A stretch of 64,000 bases of DNA from Amphiscolops sp. MND2022 (GCA_964187785.1 OZ076409.1:14200001-14264000), one strand, 5' to 3'. Counted from the first letter of the stretch, positions 1-13,651 are shown. The notes: generated from the sequence alone by a model not told the origin. Program-made: numbers and translations.

Positions 1-972
1 TTTATTCCTTCGGTCTGAAGGTGTTTTGTGATATTCGAGGAATCGATAAAGTTATCTGTTTCTATCCAATAACGGTCTTTAATTATTGTCATTCTTCCAA
101 TGAATTCCTGTAGTCGAAGTATGAGGCAAAATTTTTCATCAAACCATGTTAATATGTATGGAGTTCTTGTGGTGGGTTTACAAAATCTTTCTGAATGATA
201 ACATGGTATGGTAATATATATCCACCATGAATCATTTGATTATTTCTATCGTCATAGGTTATTTCAGCATTAGTTATTCTGAGTTTCCAGCTTTCTCGGG
301 TTATTAAATGTTCTCTGTCGCTTCTACATCTTGAATTTTAATTTTGTGTAAAATTAACTATCCAGTCTTAGTAATGTTCATCATATACGAATGTTCCAAT
401 ATGCCAAGCGTTTAACTTGCTACTCTGAATGGTTTTTGAAATTGTTCAATTTTGTTTCGATAATCGCTGTCATCAAAAAATGAGAAAGAACTTTGTATGT
501 TGTAATTGTTTAATTCTTTACTATCAGTTGCGTTTAAATATCTTATCATGTTTTTACATTCAATAGGGTCAAGTCTTTTCGGAAGTTCTAGTGTATTTTT
601 CCCCATTTTAAACGATCATATCGTCTACTGGATGAAAAAGTTTGGGAACACCAAACTTTTTCTGTTTTTATATATGCTCCACATTTGAAGGCTTTGATTC
701 TTTTTGCTTTTGCTCTAACATATACTGTTGCTTGAGTTTTCGTATGATGTATGTCTGAGGATGCTTGTTTACATGGTTCAACATGTAGTAAGCTGAATTG
801 TCTTAAGTTGTTTTGTTTTGCACAGTCATAATGGGATACCATAAGGTTCTAAATGTTTGGGTCTTGTGGTGAAATATGGTTTTCTGGGTTCGTTGTATCA
901 GCTTTAGGAACTGATGTCGTATTAGCTAGGTGTATTAGGTAAACAATATGTAATGAAAAGTACGTCTATCAT
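1..972 (-). pseudogene. env: env-like glycoprotein, N-terminal part (class III fusogen-like), disrupted
   Basis: ATG at 972 gives a signal-like start (MIDVLFITYCL). Then SHYDCAKQNNLRQFSLLHVEPC, KAFKC, KVWC, DPIECKNMI and LPCYHSERFCKPT..TWFDEKFC across frameshifts. Lies downstream of pol. Confidence 0.7.
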
Positions 973-1372
973 AGTTAAAATATAGTTCTATAATTAAGTC
1001 CTGAATATGGGTTAAAGAAGTTTATATGACCAGTTCTAATTTCTGGTAATTCTGCGTCACAGAGACAAGAGATTGAAGTAACTATGAATGGTGAAGGAGT
1101 TGTTTTATGTGCTACTCTTGTTGAAAGAGGAAAAGGATGGGGGTTTAAAGAGTTGAATGTAACTTCGACTTCAAATTTTAATATTAATTGAGTTTCTTGT
1201 AATCTTTGTAGTTCTCTTTGTTTTCTTGAGTTTGAGAGAGAGAGAGCTATTATTTATAAATCTAATAGGGAGTACTGTGTATCGAGGATCTTCGTTAAGA
1301 CTACGAATAATCGTTGAATTAACACGGATAGGATATCGTGTGGGTTTGGTGTAGGAGGTCTCGAAATTTCTT

Positions 1373-2068
1373 CTAAAAAATATCAGGTAATTGTATTGAT
1401 GAATCAGATAGTATTGAACTAGGTGAATAAACTCGTGAAAAGTTTGCGGCGCTATCTGATATAGTGTGAGGGTCTTCTGAAATGAGAGATGCTGATTCAA
1501 ATCCTGTTGTGACTTGAAATGCCAATGATAAGGAAGATGGTATTGTGGGATGAGATGAGGAAAGAGAAGGAGTGTCTGATCTGGGTTGTGCTTGTTGTCT
1601 GACTAGTCTTGAGTTTGTACTAGAACTAGTTAAAGATGATAGTTCCTGAGAAAGTCTTCCTGGTTGAGATCTGAGGTTATAACTATGTCTTGGTACTCGG
1701 GTACTAGCTGTCGAATCAGAGTCTTTATCTTTATGGTATAGATCTGTTGAAGAAGAGGTAGTGGTTGATTTTAGACGTTCTAATTTTGGATATAATTGAG
1801 AGAATGTAAATGAACTTATATCATATGGTGAATTAGTTGTTTGTTCTGGTATAGTTTTGATTGGAGTTCGACTTGTTGATGGTATAGGAGTATTCTTTGG
1901 TAGTGTTGGTATAGGAGTTTTTCTAATTGTTTTTGTTGCGGTTGGTATTCTGTGTGAACAGGAGCTAATGTATTGAAGAACTGAATCAGTATCAGGGATA
2001 TGAAACGTACGGGTAGTAGGAATAGGTGGAAGAGGGGGTTTATTTATGATACTTGAAGTATCTTGCAT
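1373..2068 (-). CDS. Ser/Thr/Pro-rich low-complexity ORF between integrase and env (pol tail or accessory ORF)
   Basis: 231-aa ORF on the same strand as pol; contains HSYNLRSQP. Confidence 0.45.
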   Translation of the reverse strand: MQDTSSIINKPPLPPIPTTRTFHIPDTDSVLQYISSCSHRIPTATKTIRKTPIPTLPKNTPIPSTSRTPIKTIPEQTTNSPYDISSFTFSQLYPKLERLKSTTTSSSTDLYHKDKDSDSTASTRVPRHSYNLRSQPGRLSQELSSLTSSSTNSRLVRQQAQPRSDTPSLSSSHPTIPSSLSLAFQVTTGFESASLISEDPHTISDSAANFSRVYSPSSILSDSSIQLPDIF

Positions 2069-2498
2069 ATTAGAGGTAAGTGATTCATCACACGAGTCAC
2101 TTGCAGGTGAATTTTTTCCAAAAATGGCAAATTTTGTGATTGAGTTGTTGTTGTTGTTTGAGTTTGGAGTATTGGAGTATCATTAGGCGTTGCTGTTATT
2201 CTATCGGCAGAATATGGAGCGGATGGATTAGGGTTTGAGGGTGAGTAAATCAGTATGTCCGTACCTGAATTTAGATATGCGGTATATTCAGGTAGTGTTT
2301 GGAATGAATGGGTTGAACTAGATGATGAATTGTTTCTAACTGATGAAGGTGAAGGTCTATGGCTATCAATCTTGAAGTATTCTTTTGTAATTTGCAGTTC
2401 ATAAGTTTCACGAATATTGTCAAATTTTCTTTTTAGTGTTCCTTTTCCAGGTTACTATTTATCTTCATTTGTTTCTAGCTTTTTCATTCAACATTCAT

Positions 2499-5400
2499 TC
2501 AACAGGATTTTTGAGAAAATGAAATCATGTCCTTTTCACCAACGAAAAGTCGATTGTCTTTTCGTGGTTGTGGGCGGAAATCATATCTGTCATGGGTGTG
2601 TCTTCGCGGGTTAATATATTTGTCATAGTCGTGAATATTAGATTGGTTTTCTGAGTCGGTGTAACTGCTTTGTTGTTTATTTTGTTGATACGGAAATGAG
2701 GAGTATTGGCTAAATGGTTCTGGTTGGAAGTCAATTGTGGATGGTAATTCTGTTTCTTTATAGGAATTTGTAATTTCGTCTTCAACTAATTGTTCTTCAT
2801 CTGAAAAAGACACAAAGTAATTTTTTGAGTCGTTTATATTTGAGTTATTATTATCAGTATAATTATTAGTAGAATGTGTGGTATATTTTTGTATGAAAAG
2901 GAAAATTATTTGTTCTTTTGGGTAATAAGGAACTAAATGGTTTCTTTGTATATGCGAAGTATAAACATTTTGATTAACAATTTCATATGTAATGTCAGAA
3001 ATTTTGTTAATGATTTTAAATGGTCCAATTCTGAGTGACTTTAGTTTATCTGAAAAATGAACATGGAGAAAATTCCTTTTTAATACGAAAGTACCGATGT
3101 CTAAGAGTCTCGGATTATTATATGTTTTATTGAAATAGGCGAATGAATAAATTTTTCTTTTTGTATTTTCATATACTGTGTGGTAAATTTGTATCATAGC
3201 TGTTTCTGTAGCCAGAATCCATTGTGAAATTTGTTTTGAAAAAATTTTATGGAAGAAGGGGTTTAAAATTGATTTGTAAGTGTGTATGAAGTGGTAAATT
3301 CTGAAAAAAAATGAGATGTACAGTTTTGATACGTGTCTTGTTGGAGATTGAGTTCAAAGTTAATTGGGATTGTTGGTATAGTGTGAAATACTATTTCGTA
3401 TGGCGAAAGATTTAATTCAGAGAGTGGTTGTGAATTATGTGCATAAGAGTACATATGGACTTGGGTAGACTAGTTTTCTGGCGTATTATGTAAGAAAAGT
3501 CGAAGATGGGTTCCAAGATTTTTGTTTTGGTTTCCTACTAAACCATTTGTCCATGGTGCGAAAGGTGTTCTTGGTGAATGTCTAATTCCCATTGTAGTAC
3601 AAAGGTTTGCAAGTTCTGAATTAATATATTCTGAACCACGATCTGTAACTAAATACACGGGGGGTCCAAATTTAGTAATCCAATGATGTAGCAAAGAGTT
3701 GACAGCATTTTGGGCATTGTTTTGTTTAACGAGTACTGTTACTACAAAGTGGCTAAAAGCATCTACTATCACATGAATATTTGAGTTTTGATTAGATGGT
3801 GGATTTAAAGGGCCTTTTGTATCCATTGATTTTCGATTGTTGAAATATGAAGCATTTTCTGAAAATGTTTGTATTGTTGCAGTTTGAATTTTTTGGTTAA
3901 TGTGTCTGTTTTGTTGACATTCAATGCAATCATGAATGAATATCGACATCCAATTATTTACAAATGGTATGAAATAAAATTGATTAAAGGCATTTATGGA
4001 AATTTTAATTCCTGAATGTCCATGTGCATGGAGTTTATTAAAAGCTGCATGGAAGAATTTAAATGGTAAACATATTTTGTTGTTTTGATTTGGGTTTGAA
4101 TGATGTATATTAGAATAATATATATCGATGATTTTTGTTTCATGATTTATGTACAATTGGAGAAAGAGTTTGTAGTAAACTGATAGTAAAGAGTTACTTG
4201 TTATTATTGGATCTGTTTGTAAAAGTCTTTCGTTACTTTGTAACCAATGATAAACTTTTTGTAGAACGGGATCGTGTTTTTGATGTGATTTTATAGTTTC
4301 AATTGTTATTGGGGTATCTTCTGGGAGGAAGAAATAATGAAATTATTTTTTATACTTAAAGAAGGATGGATCAAAAAATGGAACCTGTTGATTGCAATAA
4401 TCAGATTTAGTGGGATATTGTAGTGCAAGAGTTTGTTCTTTTGATGTATTTGTGTTCTGATCTTTTATATCTTGTGGTTGATTTGGTTCATCTTCATCAC
4501 TGAAAACATCAGTATCATTAAGGATAGTTGATTGTTGTAGAAGTGATTTTGTTTTGTTTTTTGTGGGTCTTTTGTATTAAGATTCAAATGGAACAATGGA
4601 TTGGAAGGAAAATGAATCTAAAGGTTTTATTTGAATATCTTCTCCATTGTTGTTTATGCGAATGGAAAATTGATCTTCTCCATAGTCAGCCAGAATTGGG
4701 TGGCAATCAATTTTTTGATTGTATTTGATTTCTTCATGTTTTACCAAATAATGCAGAGGTTTGAGTTGGTTGACTTTCATAATAGAGAAATGGATTTTAG
4801 GTGGTAATTGTTTATGTCGTAATTGATGTATTTGGAGTTGTTCTTTGGTAAAGGTTCTTGAAAGCACATCTGCTACAGTTAGGTTTTTTCCAGGAGTGTG
4901 AATAATTTTGAGTTTCGAAAACTTTGTGAGTTGCATTTGTGCTCCGTAAAATCCTGGGCTAAGGTTTCCTATTTTGGCAAAACAGTGTAATAAAGGTTTG
5001 TGATCTGTAAAGATGCATATTGGATGAGGAGATCCAATAATGAGAACTTCATATATTTGTAATGCATAAACTACTGCAAGAAGTTCTCGGTCTAATGTTG
5101 AAACTTTTTGTTGTTGTGTGTTGAGGATTCGAGAGGTATAAGAAATAACTTCCATTTTTTTCTTCGTTCATTTGGAATAGGAATGCGCCTAAGCCAACTA
5201 AGGAAGCATCGACTGTTATGGAAAATGGATGTTTGGTATTGGGTATGGTTAATTCGGTGTCTGCTGTCATTGAATTTATATCATCTTGGAACATGTTTTC
5301 TAATTCAGGTGTCCATTGGAATTTTACGTCGTCGTGTAATAAGGTATACAGCAGTTTGAGATTTATACAGCGGTCCTAAAAACTGCCAAACATCTTTCTT

Positions 5401-7300
5401 ATCTTTTGGTGATAGAATTTTTCTGATGGCTTCAATTTTTGATGGGATTGGTTTAATTGTGTTATTTCCTATTTCATGTCCAAGGAACTTTACTTTAAGT
5501 AACATGTAAAATGATTTTTCAGGTGCAAGTTTAAGAATTTCTTTCGTTGCTATTTTATGGAGTTCTTTGATGAGTTCAAACATTTCTTATTTATCATCTG
5601 CTAGTAGTAATATATCATCAATATATACAAGTGCAGAACGTTTATCTATGAGTGATCGAAAGAAGGTTGACATCTGTTTTGTGAAAAAGTTTGGAGTCCT
5701 TTTAATCCTTAGAATCCACGGATAAAGGTATATAATGTGTCTCCGGATTAAAATCCTGTGATTTTAATTGTTTCTTCAACTAATGGAGTATGCGCATATG
5801 CGTACAGTAAATCAATAGTTGATTTGTATTTTTTGTTAGCTCTGGCTAATTTTGGGACTAAAGGTTCAATGGGCCAAGATTCAAGTTCTTGATTAGTGTT
5901 TGAATTTAAGTGTCTTGCATCTAGAACAACTTTTATTGAGTCTCCTTTAGGAATAATAGCTAAAGGGTTTAAAAATGTTGTTCTAATTGTGTGTTTTTCA
6001 TCTGACGAAGAGCCAATTTGTTTTATTATATTATATTTCTCAAGTTCTGTTAAGAGTTTGTTTAGTCTATCTCGATAGTGAATTGGGACCTTAGAGGGTC
6101 TTTGCGTTTGCAGGTCACAGTTTTCTTTAATTCTAATTCTGAATGGAGTAGAATTTTTTCCTACGTCATTTTTGGGTTTAGCGTAACAATGTTGATTGTT
6201 TATAGGAATATTGCATAGGTTTACATATTCAGTATCGGTCAAATCAGAGTATTCGAAGTTAAACTTTTTTATAAATGGTAGGGAAGGAAAATCTTTTCTG
6301 ATTTTAACTGAAGGTCGAATATTTCCTTTGGAAGAATGTATAGGTAATTCAAGTGTTTTGTCATTGATTTCAATTTTATTAATTTTTAATAAAGATTGTG
6401 GAATTACTCGAGTACATAAATTCATATCTGTATAATTATTTTGTTTATTTGGAAGAGTAGTAACAGGATGATAGGTATGTATTACTAAATGAATGAGTGA
6501 GTTTACGTCTTGAACTCTATAACGAGGAGGTGTTGTTTGAATGATAGGATTCTCTTTGTATCCAATAAATCCTCGTGATAATGTAGCTGGATGAGATGTG
6601 GAATTTTGAATTACTGTTGAGCATGAGTCTTTTATGATCATGTCTAAGAAATGAAAAACATCTTTAAATTTTTGTAAGAAGTATGTATATGGAATTGATG
6701 GGTAGAATTTAGTATTGTCTTCTAGTTCAAAGTGTAAGTTGAGATAATTTTTGATTGGGAAATGTATGGTTTTTCCTGACCTCGGTTTAAAGTGAATTGG
6801 TTCTTTACATTCGATGGTATAAATGTATGAAATATATGGGTAATCTTTTTCTGTGAATGTCGAAAAACGTGTTGTTGTTGGAAGTTTTGGATGTTGTTCT
6901 TTAAAAGTCATAATATTTTCTTGAAAATCTATATTTTGAATACTTTTCTTGAAGAAAGGTGCTCCAAGAATATAGTACTTAATGTTTGATACTGCAAATT
7001 CAATATTGAAAGATCGATTTTGATGATTTACTTCGGTAAAGCATGTCATCGAAACATAAGGTACTGTTGGTACTTCAGTTTGATTGGCAACTGTAAAAGT
7101 TTTTGCTCGTTTATTTTCAATGTCCCTTGGAACTTTAAGGTTTAACTGTTTTGCAATTACATGAAATATTGGTAGGTTTAGAACTGAAATAGAAGCTCCA
7201 GTATCTAAGAGAAATAGAATTTCTAATTTTGAAGGTAATATGTTGTCTTTTCTTTCAGAAGCTTGTATATATAGTGGATAAAACCAACTATAGGGAGTAA
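2499..7300 (-). pseudogene. pol: pol (protease, RT, RNase H, integrase), fragmented
   Basis: FLLDTGAS (~7200); VVLDARHLN, YKSTIDL and VYIDD in RT; TVDAS, ELLAV and TDHKPL in RNase H; HAHGH..CIEC, MDTKGP, VTDRG and GPF in integrase. Confidence 0.92.
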
Positions 7301-10300
7301 TTCTGTTTGCAATTTCAGTGACTTGACATGTATGATTTTCAAATTTAGTACTATCTTTGTCATAAATAGATTTAACATCTACTTGATTGATTCTGTTTTG
7401 TTGTCTGTTCTGAGAAGGTGTTCTAGATCGTGATCTGTAATCTCTTGGTTTGGATGGAGATCTCTATGGGTAATTATATCGTCTAATTTCCTTGTGATTG
7501 AGAGCGAGATCTATATCTTGACCGAGAAATATAGCTGTAATAAGAGTTGTTTCTGTATGGTGATCTATTTGGGGATCTGGATGGAGTTCTTCTTTGATAA
7601 TGGTTGTCATTTCTAGATCTAGATGAGTATGGAGTATGGGATCTATTGTAGTATCTTTGTCGAGAATTAGATCGATAGATTTTTTTGAATACTTTTTACT
7701 GTTGCTTCGGTATCTATCAATATTTCTATATTTATCGCTATGGTAGGAGTAGTTTTGACTATATATATTATCTCTAGAAGAACAATCAGTCTTATTATCA
7801 GTTCGGTTATCTTGAGAATTGCTGGGTTTACTACGGAAGTATTGTACAAAAGATTGTTGGGGAGTTCTTGGTCTCGGATTTCTATCATTTTGGTATTCTT
7901 CGTCACGTTGTTTTTGATAGCAATTTGAAACACCGTGATTGTTTTTATGACAATATGTGCAATATTTCTTGTAAGCTGGTTTACTCTTGTTATTTGGGTC
8001 TCCAGGCTGAGTAACCATTATATGGCCAGGTTCTAATTCCTTGTCATTATTGTCGTTTTCAATGGATATTTTGTTTATCTCTAAGGCTAGAACATTGGTT
8101 CTTATTTTTACGTTAGCAGTATCTTCAGAGTCAACATGTCGAACAAGTGTGTGAAATGGTATTGATGGTTCAAGTAACGTTGATATGTGTTTTACTCTTT
8201 TTTGTGTGCAAAATCCTTTACCTTTTTAACTAGTCCTTTTGTAAAAATTTCATTGTTTTTAAGGTTTATAGTGGCTGCATTTTAATTGCACCATCCTCTT
8301 TTAACTAATTGTTGTACTTTGAGAGCAAAATGGCGTACTGCTTCATTATGTTTTTCATGAGTGACATAGCTTCTACTTGTGCGTAATGGCTGTTTTTTGA
8401 GATGAAAATTGTTTTTTAAATACTTGTACAAATTAATTCCATTGTTGTTTATATTAGATATGGAGGTTAGTGTACCAATCGAGGGCTGTTCCTGCTAAAG
8501 AACATTGTATGTATGCCATGCGTCTAATATGCCATGATCTGTATTTTACAGGATTATTTTGAGGTTCTTCACCTATGGCAAAAGTTAATCTTGCTTCAAC
8601 TTGTTGTAAATGTTCTTCTGGGGTGTAGGAGTGATCTAAACCGTCGAAAGGTTTCATAAGTTCTGGTATTGAAGCTGAAGTATTTATGAATGTATCTTGT
8701 TGTATTGGTATATACTGAGGTGGAGGAACTACAGATTGTGCCATGTTTACAGTTGGTGAAATTTGAGTGGGGTTGTAAGTCGTGTGTTGATTCATTTGAT
8801 ATAAGAGATCGGTTGATAAATACGAAAGTGGAGGATTTTGGAATCGTCTTTTAGAAGATTGTACAATGTTAGGATATGGTATCCTTTGATTTTGTGAAGG
8901 AAAACTTGTTTGATTGGAATTTGTTGATAGCGGATGTGTGTATGAGTGATGTGCTAACAAATTGGGATTACTATTAGGTTGAGAAGTATTTTAATCATTA
9001 TTCGTTTGAATATTTGTATTAGATTGTGGATAAAAAGAGTAATTGAATGGATCATATTATCGACTGGAAGTTTGCTGATTATTATTGTCTTCAGATCGAA
9101 TTGTTTTGTTTGGATATTTAAATGTAGAAGGGAGTGATGGAGGATTGTACATAGATCGAGTTATATTTTTTGTAGTATTTATAATTTGTGTAGTATCGAG
9201 AATAGTTCTTGTAGGTGACGAAACATCAACAGAAGGATTACGGAGTGAAGCTATGTTTTGAGTTTCATCTTGTATTTCATCATCTGAATTAGAGGGAAAG
9301 TTGAAAGTAACGTTGCGTCGTGGAAATGTATCTGCGTATGATTGTGGATCATATGTATTTGGTCTTGGATTAACAACCCTAGTTGGAACTCTAACAAATT
9401 GGTTGTTTGTTGATGTCCCAGTTTGTGATGCATCTTGTGCTGAAGTTGTAGATTCTAAGGTGGTAAATTCACTTGTATTGTTTTCAATTATACGATTTTC
9501 TTTTTGATTTTCAAGAGTGTAATCTTCATTCTTGTTATCGTTTTCCTTATAGTTTTCATTGGTAATAAATAGACTTTGTTGTTCTTGAATATTTTGTTCA
9601 TAACGATAAGGTCTATTGTCATCAAGAAGATTGTTTTCTGTAATTGAACTAGGATCAAAAGATATAAAATCAATGGTTTGTTTTGTAATTTTATCTGGTT
9701 TGAAAAAAGAAGGATGTTCATTCTTTTTATTTATGATGAATGGTAGACATTCATCAGCTGCAAAATGAGTTGTGAATACTGTGGAAGCAGGTTGATCCTG
9801 TTCTGACCATAGTGGTTGATAATTGAATCTGAAAATTTTTCTAAGTAATAAAGATGTTAGTTTAATTTGAGGTTTTGATTGTTCATTCAATGTTATATCT
9901 TTAAAATAATGATATAAGAAACTTTGTATCCGTATTATATCTGTTTGTAACCAATGATGAGGATTATCTTGAGTGGTAACTATTCTTTCAAAACCTTCTA
10001 CTTCGAAATTGTGTATACATTGTTCAAGTTCTTGAAGTGCATTTGGGCTATATTTTGGATTTCCAAGTGCTAAATTGAATTCTTTCACTTGGTTTAAGAA
10101 AGCATAGAAAACGTCTTTAATATGGATTTGGAGATTAATTGGGTTAATTGTTCTTCTATTTGTTTGGGTTGAAGACGTTTCTTGTTGAGGGAAAGTAATT
10201 TGGAATGATGGATTTTCTGTAGAAACAGTTGTAGATCTATGTCTAATATAGAAGAGATATGTATCCAGATGTTCTCTAATAAGAGGAATTGTTTCAAGTT

Positions 10301-10460
10301 TGTAGGGTTCATTTCCAAATGAAAGTGGTTTTGTATAAATAGAAACAATGTTGTGTAGAAATGGTTTTATTTCTGTTTTTATTACTTTTGAATTTTTAAT
10401 GTTAGGTATTTCAAAAGGTGAAGGGGAAGATTTTGAAGATTTCATGTTAGAGATTTTCAT
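7301..10460 (-). pseudogene. gag: Long gag with premature stops
   Basis: ORFs 9057-10508 and 8454-8960 are in the same frame, separated only by stops. Capsid-like KPFDG..SLAGTALDWY, knuckle CTYCHKNNHGVSNC and an R/S-rich tail. Confidence 0.8.
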
Positions 10461-10659
10461 TGATGTAAGTAGTTTTTCCAACAGGATGCAAAATAGGAAA
10501 GAACGCAAAATGTATATGTGGTGATAAGGATTATTTGGTTTATATTTGGATTATTATTTGGATTATTTCCTAATGAGTTCTGGCTAAAGCTCAGGTTCGG
10601 AGATCATGGTTTATCATCCATGATTAAGGATTTCACCATACATAGATCATTACCGTCTG

Positions 10660-10900
10660 GTAAACCGTTCTGGAATGCGAGAAGTTTGGTTTTTAAGACC
10701 AGCGGGCAGATAGACTGGAAGAATAATGTTGGATCTCTGGAATGCAGCGCTGCGAACACTGCGACTTTCAAAGACGGGGACAAACTAGTGGCAGCTCTGA
10801 AAAACAGCAACATCCAGGGGCGATCGGGGGCTATTCAGTTCATTATTGATCGGTAAGATCCAGGGATGAACTCAACGTATCCTCGTTGCAAGCTCATTCA
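10660..10900 (+). pseudogene. Possible captured fragment of an ionotropic glutamate receptor / ANF-receptor-type amino-terminal domain
   Basis: GC-richer island in the AT-rich leader. IDWKNNVGSLECSAANTATFKDGDKLVAALKNSNIQGRSGAIQF resembles the C-x(n)-G-x2-L..ALK..GxSGxIxF end of iGluR ATDs. Confidence 0.35.
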
Positions 10901-12389
10901 ATTCATGTCATTTCTCAGCAATTCCGTATCTCTGATTTAACCCAAGTTCACCAGTCATGGTTTTTCATGCATGACTCATGGGTTTGCCATGCCGAAAACC
11001 ATAACTGATCATGGAAAGATTTGGATTATTTTGGTTTATATTTGTATTATTTGGTAACTTTCTCCCACATGGTATGTTGTCTAAATTTGATATTGAGAGT
11101 TCTTGTTACTTTTATTGAGAGTTGTGATTACGATAATCTAAAATAAGAATGTAAAAGTGTTTAGGAAGGGTTCAAATGCAAAAATGTTGTGATAAGGGAC
11201 GTTTTTATTTGAAGTTGTGTTTAAGTTCGTGATCTTGGGTAAGTTTTTGTTGGTTCAAAAGATAGAAAAAATATTGTTCGTATTGTGGAATTAATCTCTC
11301 AAAGTCTACAATTGTAGGGTTATAAATAGGGTTGGATATATGAGGAATTATATGTGTATAAAAAGATATTGGGGAAGTAAAAAAAGTTGAATTATTCAAG
11401 GATTGATTATGTGTGTTTGAGTTCATAGATTTTATCGTGTAGGGTTTTATTATTAAGGATAGAGAAGAAAGAAGCGGATGCAAAGGAATCTGTATTCAAC
11501 CTCAAGGATTGTTTACAGAATCACTTTATAATTTTAGTCTGAATTAAAGAGTCTGACATAAGGTCACTGACACGCCCAGTGAAAGTTGTATTTTAGAGCT
11601 GGACTGCAATTAAGGTGTCTAACATAAGGTTACTGACACGTCCAGAAAAGTTTAGGGGGTTTCAATTTTAAGTGGGTTGTGTGTTTTAAGACTAAGGGAG
11701 TGGAACTCTGAACAATCAACGTCCACTATCCAAAGTCGGATCAATACTGATCAAATCAAAAATTGATCTTTTGTGTCTTTTAGTTTTACTTTTACTTCCT
11801 GAGAATTTCGAAGATTCGAACCTAGATCGGTGTCCTCTAGATTCTCCTTAATGACGTTTAAACTTAGCTAAGGTGTTTAGTCAGTCCTAATCTCAGATAA
11901 TGAAGCTGAAAGCTAGAATCTGATTGTTTAGGTCTTACGGGAGGGAATAGGAATTGCGGGTGCCTGAAAGTATAAAACTACCTTTACAGTGTCTGTTTAA
12001 TTTGCATGTCCTATTTTAGATTTTAGGGCAAAAAAGTTGTGTTAAAACTATATGCGTAGGTTTGTTAAATAAATTGTTTTGCGAATTGTTAACAATATTA
12101 GAAAGATTGAAGATGTTGTTGACAGAAAAATGTTGCGACTGAAGTAGCGGAAGACTTGGTTTCTTTTTATGATTTTCAGAGTCTAATTCTGAATGTAAAT
12201 TTTTTGAAGATTTTTTTAGAAAATGGATCCGAAACGTAAGAGTAGAAAATCCAGGTATTCTGCCAACACGAAGATGATCTTGAAACGTATGTGCTTATAG
12301 GTGAGGTGAGTCTGGCATGCACTCAGTCAACTATTACACCAGGAGTCCACCTGACGTTCAAAATGGCAGGATTGAAGAATTTATTGCCG

Positions 12390-12660
12390 TGTCAAAGGTG
12401 TTAGAAAACCTTGATAAACCGACAGTAGACAAACTGTTTCAACAAGCTTCCGTATAGCTGTGATAAATCAGTATTCAGAAAGGAACTGTGTCATTGTGGA
12501 TAAATCAGTCTGAAAAGAAGAGCAGAACTGTGTCATTATGGATAAATCAGTCTAAAAATGAACGGTGTCAACGTGTTAGAAAACGTGATAAACCGGCAAT
12601 CAAGAGAACAGAAGAAGAACCGTGTCGACGTTTATAGAAAAACGTGATAAACCGGCAATG
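12390..12660. repeat. Short imperfect direct repeats in the retroelement 5' leader
   Basis: Three copies of gtgtc..tagaaaa..tgataaaccg and three of gataaatcagt. A ~29-bp pair also occurs near 11550 and 11617. Confidence 0.7.
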
Positions 12661-12861
12661 GAGAAGTTTTGTTATACTTCAGATGGACAAATTTTTTGTC
12701 TAACGATAATGTATATTTTGAAGAAATTCAGAAAGTTACAGACTATATTTTCCGGAAAATCTAGAAAAATATCAATGCAATCGAGAAGAATTTCAAAGAG
12801 GAGGAGTGGTAGTTTTTGTATTGATGAGAGAAGAGAAAGCATTAAGTGAAAAAGAGAATTT

Positions 12862-12876
12862 TTACAAGTCGCACCA
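12862..12876 (-). promoter_or_regulatory. Putative primer-binding site of element 1
   Basis: Minus strand reads ...GCACA att TGGTGCGACTTGT. Cognate tRNA not assigned. Confidence 0.6.
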
Positions 12877-12879
12877 AAT

Positions 12880-13175
12880 TGTGCTGCTTTAAAGAGTAGT
12901 AATTTTTAGTTAGTGGTCTTGTATCTAGATGGTACAGGTCTAAGTTTTAGGACAAGACTACTTAGATCGATGCTAGCTAGCTAACTCTAAAAAAGCTTGG
13001 AGGTCTGAAAGAAGAAAGGAAGGAAGTCGACTAAATACTGAATTTTAGTTTTCTCTCTCTGAAGGAGTAGTGTTTTACAGTCATTCAATAATAAATAAAT
13101 GTACATTCTAGAACATTCTATAAACATCTAAGTACTATTGGTTTTTAATGTCAGTACACCATCCTCACGGATACA
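12880..13175 (-). repeat. Putative 5' LTR of element 1
   Basis: TGTATCCG...GCACA bounds next to the PBS. No partner LTR in the window, so the outer edge is uncertain. Confidence 0.5.
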
Positions 13176-13651
13176 AAACTAAACCTTGCTGAAACCCTTC
13201 TTTATGGTTCACTTGTGTTATATGCCTCCTAATATACTCCGTAATATTCGCCGCTATTATCGATGTTATCAAATTATTCATTCTATTATTCGTGGAAATG
13301 AAATTGTATTTGGGTCTATTAATCGACTTATTGATTTGTTGTGTATTAAATAAAGTTCAACCTGCTTCTTTTCATCAGCGAAAAGATACCCTAAAACAGC
13401 CTAAGAGTAGCGAGACAAACCCCCTGAAAGACGGTAAAATAACAAAGTTGCGAAGATCGTGATTTCCTTGTCACACTTACCCCCACCGCCTTCGATTGAG
13501 TTGGTTCGTCTCTTCTTCGGAGTTAATAAAAATTTATGTAGATACTCAGCCAATCCCTGTCTCATGCATGGTACCTAAGGGTTTAATTCAGTTGTAGTGG
13601 AGCTATTCTCACAAATAGTTAAAGCTACTGGAATTTCCAAAATTTTTACAT

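Larger units (their letters stand above)
1..13175 (-). mobile_element. Degenerate Gypsy/Ty3-type LTR retroelement with gag-pol-env organisation; 3' end lies outside the window
   Basis: Minus-strand order: putative LTR, PBS, long leader, gag with CCHC knuckle, protease, RT, RNase H, integrase, then a Cys-containing env-like ORF. Many stops and frameshifts. Confidence 0.9.

Noticed and set aside
9057..10508. A separate extra ORF upstream of gag
   Set aside because: In frame with the downstream gag ORF and separated only by stops, so better read as a long gag N-terminus.
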